Of a stretch of 22,878 nt of DNA, positions 1 to 7,394 are shown piece by piece. A model generated the notes under the pieces. That model was not told the DNA's origin and ran no database searches. It saw nothing but the letters and a program-made list of their open reading frames with translations. Origin of the DNA: an uncultured Candidatus Binatia bacterium (GTDB lineage: Bacteria > Desulfobacterota > Binatia > UBA9968 > JAJDTQ01); assembly GCA_964291295.2 (NCBI GenBank), contig OZ219755.1:1-22878 (forward strand), in the 5' to 3' direction. A program made the position numbers and the translations under genes. Every line of letters begins with the position of its first letter. Position 1 is the first letter of the stretch.

Positions 1-437
1 CGGGGACGGGTGGCGGTGGCGCGGATCGCGGCGAGTTCGGCGAGACCCAGGGGCCGGGCCTGCTGCTGGGGGACGGCCCCCGCACGACGCAGTCCGGCCA
101 GGGTCCGCCGGACCAGGGCGGACGCGGTGGGATCGGGATGGCCCGCGGCGCGGTGGGCGGAGCCGATGGCGGCCCGGCGGACCTGCAGGGTGGCGGGCCG
201 CATCCCGGGGGCGATCGCGGCGAGGTGCGCGGCCACGGTGGATGGGGTGGCCGGGAGGGACGCAAGAGCCGGAAGCACCGGAAGAGCCGGGTCCCGTCCG
301 CGCTCGGCGCACCAGTGCCGGAAGGCGGCCCAGTGGCGGCGGTAGGTGCGCCGGGTGCGGGGGGCGAGTTCGGCGGCGAGGGCCTCGCGGACGGCCCTGT
401 CCGCGCCTTCGCCGCCGAGGTCGGGCGGATCCTGCAT
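1..437 (-). CDS. Cre-like tyrosine recombinase, N-terminal (SAM-like/core-binding) half; runs off the left edge
   Basis: Not in the ORF track; translated by hand from ATG at 437: MQDPPDLGGEGADRAVREALAAELAPRTRRTYRRHWAAFRHWCAERG...LPATPSTVAAHLAAIAPGMRPATLQVRRAAIGSAHRAAGHPDPTASALVRRTLAGLRR...QQARPLGLAELAAIRATATRP. The T..TY...W..F..WC, P.tp..va.hL, AI...H...G..DPT and QA.PL motifs are typical of this family. Confidence 0.88.
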   Translation of the reverse strand, partial: MQDPPDLGGEGADRAVREALAAELAPRTRRTYRRHWAAFRHWCAERGRDPALPVLPALASLPATPSTVAAHLAAIAPGMRPATLQVRRAAIGSAHRAAGHPDPTASALVRRTLAGLRRAGAVPQQQARPLGLAELAAIRATATRP

Positions 438-722
438 GCCCGATGGTAAATACTGGAGGACATCGCATGCGTCGAGTCGATCCCACGGCCGTGACCCCGT
501 CGCCGGCGCCGCCGTGGGATCCGGCAGGGGCAGGCCGGCACTCCGGTCCGGCCCGCAGGCGGCTTTCCCCGCACCTGCCGGTTGCGGCGTGGCGGCAGGT
601 CCGCAGGGTTGCCTGCGAGAAAGACCGCTCCCTCCACGGTTGCGTGCCGGAAGGTCCGGACCTTCCGTGCGCCGGGCGAAGATCGCCCTCCCCCGCCGAC
701 CTGGCCGAGGGGCGGATCCGAC

Positions 723-999
723 ACGGGTCTCTTTCGGGATGCGCGCCTGCGGCGGTTGTTCGAGAGAGACGACGGGCGCCGGCTGCCACCAGGCCAGGTG
801 CCGGGAATCCGGCGGATGCTGGCGGTGCCGACGACCGTGAGCGGTCCTGCAGGCCCTGCAGCGCCATCCCCGGTGGAGGCCGCACCGACTCAAGAGTGAT
901 CGGAAGGGGTACTGGGCAATGGACGTGTCCGCCAACGATCGGCTCGTCTTCCGCTTCGAGGGGGGACGGGTCCGCGACATGCGACGGGAGGACCATCAT
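723..999 (+). pseudogene. higB: Frameshifted HigB/RelE-family toxin pseudogene
   Basis: One frame reads FRDARLRRLFERDDGRRLPPGQVPGIRRMLAV. After a +1 shift near 847-850 the next frame reads LQRHPRWRPHRLKSDRKGYWAMDVSANDRLVFRFEGGRVRDMRREDHH, a HigB C-terminus. There is no clear start codon, no stop after the DYH-equivalent (DHH), and the conserved NWR is NDR. It lies directly upstream of higA. Confidence 0.8.
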
Positions 1000-1006
1000 C
1001 GGGGAC

Positions 1007-1306
1007 ATGGCAGGGATCATGCGGAATCCGCCGCATCCGGGGGCGGTGATCCGGGACAGTTGCGTGGGGGCCGAGGCCGTGGAAGCGGTGGCCCGGCGCC
1101 TGGGGGTCGGTGCCGGCGCCCTGGCGCGGGTCCTCGATGGGCACGGGCGCATTTCGGAGGCACTGGCCCGGAAGATGGAAGCGGTCGGATGGTCCGATGC
1201 GCAGAGCTGGATGCAGTTGCAGGCGGCCTATGACCGGGCCCGGGAACGTCTGCGGCGGACAGCGCCCCGGGCAGCCGTCGGAGCGGGGCGGGAAGTCCAC
1301 CCGTAG
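1007..1306 (+). CDS. higA: HigA-family addiction module antitoxin (XRE HTH), 99 aa
   Basis: 3' end of ORF 242..1306: MAGIMRNPPHPGAVIRDSC...VARRLGVGAGALARVLDGHGRISEALARKMEAVGWSDAQSWMQLQAAYD. Shows the PPHPG, HTH and W..LQ..YD signatures. Alternative start at 1019. Confidence 0.88.
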   Translation: MAGIMRNPPHPGAVIRDSCVGAEAVEAVARRLGVGAGALARVLDGHGRISEALARKMEAVGWSDAQSWMQLQAAYDRARERLRRTAPRAAVGAGREVHP

Positions 1307-1329
1307 CTGACACATTACCTGTGCCAGGT

Positions 1330-1598
1330 CAGCAATGCGGAGCGGCTGACTTGCCATCAGCTCATCCTGCCGCCGTGGTTTCCACCAGCGACAGCTTGCC
1401 CGCCGGACTGCTGGTCGCGGACGATAGCTGCTCGATGTCGCCGCCTTCGGGAATCGGGATCAGGGTTCCGCGGGGAGCGCTGGCTTCGTCCGCCAAGGCC
1501 GCCGCAAGCTGGCTGGCCAGCCGTCCCTCCAGCCGGGCTGCCTGCAACGGAGCAGGTCCGATGGTGGCCCCTCGCTGACCGGGAATGGCGGTTTCCGG
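1330..1598 (-). pseudogene. Degenerate gene fragment, possibly from a phage portal-like protein
   Basis: Reads PLQAARLEGRLASQLAAALADEASAPRGTLIPIPEGGD...GKLSLVETTAAG*ADGKSAAP, where TGA falls at a position a Trp would fit. It resembles from memory an internal segment of portal-like proteins. No good start codon or RBS; the assignment is unverified. Confidence 0.3.
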
Positions 1599-1674
1599 TC
1601 ATGCCCGGAGGGGCCTCCGGGACGCCTCCCGGAGCCCGGAGGACCGCTCCGGACGGCGTCCGCCGGGGCGGTCT

Positions 1675-2229
1675 TCACCGGGGCTCCGCGTCACCGCGGA
1701 CCGGTCCGGTCTCGGGCGCAGGCAGGCCCCCGGGTTCCTCGCCGGTTTTCCCTGCAGGCCTCGGCGCCGCGGAACGCCCCGCAAAGTAGAAGGCGATGGT
1801 GGCACCGACCAACGGCCCGAATGCCGTGATCACCGTTTCCAGGACCGTGCTGTTGGTCCCGTTTTCCCCAGCCGCGGCTGAAGGCAGGAACGGTGCGAAT
1901 GCGAGCAGAGTTATGTAGGCCCCCACAATCCACAGTGCGAGCATCGCCCGGATCGAACCCCGCGGAAGATTCAACCCGCGCAGTTCTCCGGAGTCGACAG
2001 TGGTACCGGACTTACAGCGTGCCAGCAACGGAAGAGCTCCCAGCACAAGGATGACGATGATCCACTGAGCTAGCAGAAACAGGGACGGTACGCTCCATTC
2101 CCTTATTGCCGGAACAGCAAGGATCCCCGTACCAAGACCCACTGCAAACAGAACGATGGCCATCCATATCTCCATGCGACAGGAGTCGCCGTTCCTGCTG
2201 AAACGCCCGTCGTCCGTTGCATTGCTCAT
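1675..2229 (-). CDS. Hypothetical integral membrane protein with about 4 TM helices
   Basis: GGAGG 7 nt before ATG 2229. Four hydrophobic stretches. Contains GLNLPRGSIRAMLAL and LVGATIAFYF motifs of an uncharacterised membrane family. Confidence 0.75.
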   Translation of the reverse strand: MSNATDDGRFSRNGDSCRMEIWMAIVLFAVGLGTGILAVPAIREWSVPSLFLLAQWIIVILVLGALPLLARCKSGTTVDSGELRGLNLPRGSIRAMLALWIVGAYITLLAFAPFLPSAAAGENGTNSTVLETVITAFGPLVGATIAFYFAGRSAAPRPAGKTGEEPGGLPAPETGPVRGDAEPR

Positions 2230-2251
2230 ATCCGGCCCTCCGGTATCCAGA

Positions 2252-2371
2252 TCATGCCGATTGTACTGGCATTTGCCGGAACATGCTCATGTGGATCCCC
2301 TCTTCGTCGACATCGATTATGGAATCTGAACAACCCGCACACAACAGCAACCCGGGGATATCCGGCTGCAA
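2252..2371 (-). pseudogene. 3' relic of the small duplicated gene (copies at 3848 and 10751)
   Basis: Hand translation LQPDIPGLLLCAGCSDSIIDVDEEGIHMS... matches PELLLC(T/A)GY...IDIDEE(M/R)GET. 20 nt (AACCCGCACACAACAGCAAC) are identical to 10816-10835. Confidence 0.7.
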
Positions 2372-2524
2372 CCGACGGGGAACCTCGCTTTCCGGTCACC
2401 GAACGGGGGCGGACGGACCCCGCCGGACCGCTCTCCCCGGGGCATCGGGAGGACCTCCGACCGGTCGGCCGGGAACGCGCCGCGGCCATGTGGTATGTAG
2501 AGTGGGCGACGGCCGCCGTCGCTC

Positions 2525-3112
2525 GTGGTCATCTCCGGTCATCCCGTGGCAAGTCGCGAGCACTGGGATCTTCTCCGGCAAGCGGCGGACCGGGTCGGAC
2601 GCGACCTGTATGCGGCGAAGATGCAGCCCACCATGCAGATGTGCCGGTTGCTGATCCTGGGGGAGGACCACAGGGTGGGCTGGCATCCGGGCGTGGATCC
2701 GCTCGCGCTCTGTCGGGCCGTGTGGCGGACCTACGGCCGGGGCCGCCAGGAAGGCGGTTCGACGATCGCGATGCAGTTCGTCCGTGTGCTGTCCGGACGG
2801 TTCGAGAGAAGCTGGCGCAGGAAGGTCGAGGAGATGGCTCTTGCGATCCGGGTGACCGGGCATGTGTCCAGTGCCGAACTGCCGGCGCTCTACCTCTTCG
2901 TGGGCTACTACGGATGGCGGATGAACGGCTTCCCCCAAGCCTGTCAGCGGCTGGGGATCGACCCGGCCCGTTGCTCGCTCCGGGAATCGGCGCTGCTGGT
3001 GGCGCGGCTGAAGTACCCGCAGCCCAGAGATTGCCCGGCGGAGCGATGGCGGCAGATCGTCCGTCGCAGCGAATACCTGCTGGCGCGGTACGAGAGGAGT
3101 GGATCATCTTGA
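2525..3112 (+). CDS. Stand-alone GT51 peptidoglycan glycosyltransferase (transglycosylase)-like protein without signal peptide or TM anchor
   Basis: Motif 1 EDHRVGWHPGVD (catalytic Glu kept), motif 2 GGSTIAMQFVR, motif 3 RKVEE, degenerate motif 4 (SAELPALYLF..YYG) and motif 5-like SALLVARLKYP. An in-frame stop at 2498-2500 rules out an N-terminal extension. Confidence 0.88.
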   Translation: MVISGHPVASREHWDLLRQAADRVGRDLYAAKMQPTMQMCRLLILGEDHRVGWHPGVDPLALCRAVWRTYGRGRQEGGSTIAMQFVRVLSGRFERSWRRKVEEMALAIRVTGHVSSAELPALYLFVGYYGWRMNGFPQACQRLGIDPARCSLRESALLVARLKYPQPRDCPAERWRQIVRRSEYLLARYERSGSS

Positions 3113-3819
3113 AGGGTTCGCCGGCCTTCCATCTGGACCCGGCGCTGGCGGCGCTGCGCGGCACATATCCGGATCCGGAGGCTGTGCTGGCGGCCGTGGG
3201 AGCGGGCCCGCGCGAGTGTGCGGCGGTGTCCCGCCTGTGGATGTCCGAAGGGATTCCCTTCGCTTTCCGGACGTGTCCGGCGCTGTACGAGGAAGCCCGG
3301 TCCTGGCTGGCCGAGCAGCTGGAGCTGGATCCCAAGGCAATCAGCCTGCGCGGCAGTGGCCGGATCGGCTACTCCCTGGATCCGGACCCGAAGAAATGGG
3401 GTGCCGTCTATTGCCCGCGGCGTTCCGATCTGGACATTTTCGCCGTATCGGAACGATTGTTCACCCGGCTCCGCGAGGACTTCGAGCGGTGGAGCGATGA
3501 CTATTCCAGCGGCGCGATCGTGCCAGGACGCAAGGATGAACGGAGATACTGGCCAGAGAACCACAAGAGGGTGCCCCGCAACATGGAGCGCGGGTTCCTC
3601 GACTCACAGAAGGTGCCGAACCGCCCGGCCTATCCCGTTGCCTCCAGGACCAATGACTGCCTTGCGAGGCTCTGGAAAAAGCTGCGGACAACGGATGCGG
3701 GTCCGACGCCCCGGAAAAGACTGACACTGCGGTGCTACAGGGACTGGTCAGCCTACGAGCGGCAGGCGATCTGCAACCTGCAGGCTGCAGCAGGTCGGAA
3801 CCGCTCGCGGGCGGGCTGA
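3109..3819 (+). CDS. Pol-beta superfamily nucleotidyltransferase, 236 aa
   Basis: 3' part of ORF 2254..3819. TTG at 3109 overlaps the upstream TGA (TTGA), with GAGGAG about 10 nt upstream. Carries ISLRGSGRIGYSL.P...RSDLDIFAVS (hGS...DhD) and C-terminal LRCYRDWSAY. Confidence 0.8.
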   Translation: MKGSPAFHLDPALAALRGTYPDPEAVLAAVGAGPRECAAVSRLWMSEGIPFAFRTCPALYEEARSWLAEQLELDPKAISLRGSGRIGYSLDPDPKKWGAVYCPRRSDLDIFAVSERLFTRLREDFERWSDDYSSGAIVPGRKDERRYWPENHKRVPRNMERGFLDSQKVPNRPAYPVASRTNDCLARLWKKLRTTDAGPTPRKRLTLRCYRDWSAYERQAICNLQAAAGRNRSRAG

Positions 3820-3847
3820 CGGCCCTGGATTTGCCCGACCGCTCGGA

Positions 3848-4090
3848 TCATGTTTCTCCCATCTCTTCGTCGATATCGATCGTGGCGAAGCCAGGCTCAG
3901 CGGATGTGGCCTCCGGGTAACCCGTACATAACAACAACTCGGGGCCATCCGGATCGGACCACTCGCGGCTCCGTATATAATCCAGTACCTCGCGCTCCGA
4001 TGCTGCACGCAGCAGAACCTTCCCGTCAACGCTGTTGATCAGATAGTCATCCCGTTGCGGCACTGCCGTGTCTGCGGATAGAATTTCCAT
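3848..4090 (-). CDS. Small hypothetical protein (80 aa), copy 1; weak resemblance to DUF5678-type proteins
   Basis: GGGAGG RBS before ATG 4090. Clear paralogue at 10751-10987 with the frame and stop position conserved. Confidence 0.7.
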   Translation of the reverse strand: MEILSADTAVPQRDDYLINSVDGKVLLRAASEREVLDYIRSREWSDPDGPELLLCTGYPEATSAEPGFATIDIDEEMGET

Positions 4091-4297
4091 GCGAACTAGC
4101 CTCCCTACACAGAAGTTTAGCTCCGATGGGACCCGCGTGCAGGCAATTCCACCCGGCAAACCGGTGGTAGAGTGCCCGGCATGGCCGAGGATCGACTGAG
4201 TTGATTGCCCGACTCCCTTTTATGTTGAGAGAGTGCCGGAGAGAGGCTAGGCCAAGCAAGCCGTGGGCAGCCTCTCCAAGCGGTCACAGGGGGTACA

Positions 4298-4335
4298 AAC
4301 AACCCGCACAGGACGGCAACCCGGAGGTATCCGGC
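4298..4335. repeat. 38-bp direct repeat of 2329-2366; second relic of the small gene
   Basis: AACAACCCGCACAggACgGCAACCCGGaGgTATCCGGC matches 2329-2366 at 33/38. Related sequence lies inside both full copies (3919-3952, 10816-10849). Confidence 0.75.
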
Positions 4336-4349
4336 GGCGGCCGCGATGG

Positions 4350-4850
4350 CTATCTCCGGGGTGCGGCGTAGATCGGCTTGTGGGACAGCTCGAGAGTCGC
4401 CACGATCCACACGGGAACCGCGATGATCCCCATGGCCCGCTGTGGCCTCCCCGATGCCCACCAGCCGCCCAGGGAGCCGGGATCATGCAACAGCAGGTGG
4501 AACACCGCCGCTCCGCATGCAGCCAAGGCGGTCACGCCCCAGGCCTTGCGACGCTGCAGGAATGCCCGTTTGACCGAGACTCTTCTTACCTCGTTCCGCT
4601 GCCACGTCCGCGTGGTTCCATCCTGCAGCACAAGCGTCAGACTGTCTGCGGTCGCCGCGGAAAAGACACCGCTGAGCTTGCGCCGGCCCCGGGGCGCCTT
4701 GTCGTCGTGCAGCACGATCCGTACCTGTCGAGCGGTCTCCACGTTCCGAACACGGGACCAGTCCCGACCGGGTCTGGCTTGGCTCACCGATGCGAGTGCC
4801 AGGACCGCGCCACCCGCCGCCAGCACGCATCTAGCCGTTGCAAGTCTCAT
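4350..4850 (-). CDS. Exported/membrane protein: signal peptide, beta-rich domain, C-terminal hydrophobic hairpin
   Basis: Signal peptide ends ...LASVSQA. Then DWSRV..V...V.I.L..DKAP.G.RK..G.F...T.DSLTL and two C-terminal hydrophobic segments. Last gene of a three-gene operon. Confidence 0.75.
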   Translation of the reverse strand: MRLATARCVLAAGGAVLALASVSQARPGRDWSRVRNVETARQVRIVLHDDKAPRGRRKLSGVFSAATADSLTLVLQDGTTRTWQRNEVRRVSVKRAFLQRRKAWGVTALAACGAAVFHLLLHDPGSLGGWWASGRPQRAMGIIAVPVWIVATLELSHKPIYAAPRR

Positions 4851-4883
4851 GCCACTCTTCCCCGCCGGACCACATGGCCTGGT

Positions 4884-5801
4884 CTAGGGAACCGCCATCT
4901 GAATCTCCGCGATCTGGGTTTCAGCAACCACTCCCTGGAACCTCACTTCACCATCCGGTGTTACAGCATGGATGCGAATGCGTCCGGGGGGCACTCCTGC
5001 AAACCGTGCGGTCCCGGACGGGCTGGTATCCGTACGCTGGTGGAACGCCCGGCCATGCAGCAAGGATCCCCGCTCATGCGGCCGATATCCGGCAGGATCG
5101 GCTAGCAGCACCACGAGCGCACCCGGAACGGCTCCCCCGTTCCGGTCATGCAACTGGACGACCACAGTGCCTCCCTCCTCTTTCAGCACCAGATCCCCCA
5201 CGTCCATATGCCCGTTCTCTCGTACCATGGGCCCGAATGATACCGGGCGGTACCCTGCGACATGGGTATCCACGAAGAACGGAACCCCAACGCCAACGTC
5301 ACTCAACTGGAAGTAGCCGTCCCCGTCCGTCTGATGGAAGATATGGAAAGCTGCCCGGCGTACCGGCTGACCCGGCTCGTGGTAGCGAACATGAACCGTG
5401 GCATCGGCAATGCCCCGTCCAGCCGCATCCAGGATCCTTCCCGAGAGCTGCTGGGCCTCAGGAAACTCGATGTCCAGCAGCAGTCGACCGGTTGTCCCGG
5501 GTGGCAGGAATCGCTCGAACGGAGGTCGGCCCTCAGTAGAAACGTGGACCAGTATGCCATGCTGCGTTGGAGCGGAAATGCGGAAGTCCTTGCCACGCTC
5601 AACGATATGGGTTGTGACGACCAGTTCCGCTCCCTCCTCGAAGATGTCAACAGTTCCGCCTAGAGACTCGCCATCCGTGCTGCGGAGGCTTCCGGCTATC
5701 TCCACCGACTGGCCCGCGACGACCATACTCGTGCAAAAAGCCACAACCGCCAGAACGGTCATGGTTCTTGTCCTCCCACTTATCAGGTTCGATTGCTGCA
5801 T
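4884..5801 (-). CDS. Secreted protein with carboxypeptidase-regulatory-like (transthyretin/prealbumin-fold) repeats
   Basis: GGGAGG RBS before ATG 5801 and a signal peptide. Repeats such as LSGRILDAAGRGIADATV..TDGDGYFQL and V.LHDRNGGAVPGALV..TSPSGTARFAGVPPG. Confidence 0.82.
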   Translation of the reverse strand: MQQSNLISGRTRTMTVLAVVAFCTSMVVAGQSVEIAGSLRSTDGESLGGTVDIFEEGAELVVTTHIVERGKDFRISAPTQHGILVHVSTEGRPPFERFLPPGTTGRLLLDIEFPEAQQLSGRILDAAGRGIADATVHVRYHEPGQPVRRAAFHIFHQTDGDGYFQLSDVGVGVPFFVDTHVAGYRPVSFGPMVRENGHMDVGDLVLKEEGGTVVVQLHDRNGGAVPGALVVLLADPAGYRPHERGSLLHGRAFHQRTDTSPSGTARFAGVPPGRIRIHAVTPDGEVRFQGVVAETQIAEIQMAVP

Positions 5802-5814
5802 CAGAGATACCTCC

Positions 5815-6567
5815 CTATTCCCAGCCACAGCCGGTCTCGTATCCCGCATACACTTTCATTCGGAGCTGTGCATAGACATCACTGACAGGGTTGGTTGTGC
5901 TCGAAACATCTTGCCAGTCCGAGACTCCCTCACTGCATCCATAGTAGTCGCAGTTCAATGAGACGGTGATGCTAGGGTAGTACAGTGTTGTCACAAGGCT
6001 GTTTCCATTCCAGTCGAGTTCGTACAGTGACATAAAATTGGTTGGTTGAGTCCAAGACCTGAATGCGAATTTGCAGCCGTTTGAACTTGGCAGTGGTTCG
6101 GCCGATGATCCTTCGCATGGAATGGGCTTACGGTATACCCTGTTGCCAGGCGAAGCTATTCCCCGGGTAGAATATTGATAGTCCTTTGGCGAGTCACTAT
6201 CACCGTTGTAATACCTAGCGCTGCCTCTTCCGTATTTGATTCCAGAAGAACCTGTGCAAGAATTCCACTGCCAGATTTCTTCCCTAGTTCTCCAAGCCCT
6301 GCCCCGCTTCCATCCAGGAAACTGATTTGAATCGGCCACTTTACCGAAGTTCGATGTTACACCCCAGTTGCCGAACGGAGCTGAATGTATATCGCCATCA
6401 CACTCAACCCTTATTGTACTGTTGTTTCCAATGATTCTAGAGTGATTTTCCCCGGTATAGAAGGCCACGCAGTAATCAGTGAGCCCGGTTTCTTGGGCTG
6501 TCAGGCCTCCACCAACACACAGGAACGCGGTTGCAGCAGCAAGCCTCACTCTTCTTGTAATCGACAT
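5815..6567 (-). CDS. Secreted cysteine-rich hypothetical protein (250 aa)
   Basis: AGGAGG 8 nt before ATG 6567. Signal peptide ends ...GGGLTA. Eight Cys in the mature part, aromatic/Gly/Asn-rich, lower GC. Its stop codon abuts the next gene's RBS. Confidence 0.8.
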   Translation of the reverse strand: MSITRRVRLAAATAFLCVGGGLTAQETGLTDYCVAFYTGENHSRIIGNNSTIRVECDGDIHSAPFGNWGVTSNFGKVADSNQFPGWKRGRAWRTREEIWQWNSCTGSSGIKYGRGSARYYNGDSDSPKDYQYSTRGIASPGNRVYRKPIPCEGSSAEPLPSSNGCKFAFRSWTQPTNFMSLYELDWNGNSLVTTLYYPSITVSLNCDYYGCSEGVSDWQDVSSTTNPVSDVYAQLRMKVYAGYETGCGWE

Positions 6568-6589
6568 GGTTGCCACCTCCTATCCATAC

Positions 6590-7092
6590 TCAGAGTTCCG
6601 GACATGGGACTAATTTGGGATGTCACGCGGTGGGGTGGACTGCCGGGGTTGGCGAGGGATGTGGGGTCCGTTCTGGAGGCTGGGCGGGCGTTCGTGGATG
6701 GGTCGCGTAGCAGTGCTGGAAGAACTGCGGGTCGGGTGGAGGGGGGGGGCTGAACGGTCTGCCAGCTCGTGCAGGAGAGGGGGCCAAGGTCCAGATGGAA
6801 GCCGGTGCCAGCGCCCGGCAAGAGGCGTGCTGGCGCGGACAGGTGGCGTTGCAGTAGGGCCGCCGCCCGGAGTAGAATGATGGTGTGGGGCGCTGGAACG
6901 GTTGGACCTTGTGGAACTCGGCCGATGCAGTGCGGCTGCACCGGTGGCGCGGTCATGCACCCCGAGCGAATAGTCACCCTGCCGGTACCAAGCCTCTTCG
7001 GAGTGCAGCACGGATCACACAAGGCCCTGTCAGTCAGTGTCTTACCGCTGCCATCCCATTCGGCAAGGCGTTCCCCATGTCCGGAATTCTGA
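6590..7092. repeat. 503-bp non-coding segment bounded by 19-bp inverted repeats
   Basis: 6590-6608 TCAGAGTTCCGGACATGGG versus the reverse complement of 7074-7092 TCAGAATTCCGGACATGGG (18/19). A second inner inverted block at 6616-6631 versus 7044-7058 matches 14/16 with one gap. Confidence 0.75.
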
Positions 7093-7140
7093 TACTACCA
7101 TAATCGGCATGCCCGGAGCACATACCCCCGCATCACCCTT

Positions 7141-7314
7141 TCCCGGGCGGCTTCGTGCTTCGCAGATCGCTACGAGCTGGAGGCGGACCATTTCGCGGTC
7201 ACGCTGCTGATGCCGCGGCGGCTGTTCACGGCAGACCTGCGCACGGCCGGAGAGGGCCTCCCGGCCATCGAGGATCCGGAAGCGCTGGGGTTCGCGCGCC
7301 ACTACCATGGATGA
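7141..7314 (+). pseudogene. ImmA/IrrE (DUF955) metallopeptidase internal fragment
   Basis: Hand translation SRAASCFADRYELEADHFAVTLLMPRRLFTADLRTAGEGLPAIE contains the E.EAD.FA..LLMP signature. The HExxH motif and start codon are missing. Confidence 0.75.
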
Positions 7315-7394
7315 ATCCGACGGCTCCCGTCTTGGGGCCGAATCCGGAAGCACGGCCAGGAGTCTGGCCTGGGCACGCGGGAGGAACGAGGGCA

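Noticed and set aside
265-291. 9-bp tandem repeat (PALPVLPAL) in the recombinase
   Set aside because: Short in-frame slippage duplication in a loop; no sign of function.
242-1006. N-terminal extension of the 354-aa ORF
   Set aside because: Overlaps the recombinase (antisense) and the higB relic; only the last 99 aa are HigA.
2254-3108. N-terminal 285 aa of the 521-aa ORF, suggesting a large fusion protein
   Set aside because: Low-complexity Arg/Gly/Pro/Ala translation overlapping the real GT51 gene in another frame. The NTase has its own SD and coupled TTG at 3109.
3109-3819. CBASS CD-NTase assignment
   Set aside because: The protein is short, I see no CD-NTase-type C-terminal helical domain, and there is no Cap2/3, SAVED, patatin or other known CBASS effector nearby.
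7155-7394. N-terminal extension of the 1105-aa RM ORF
   Set aside because: Overlaps the ImmA relic in another frame and is not protein-like. A better SD precedes TTG 7395.
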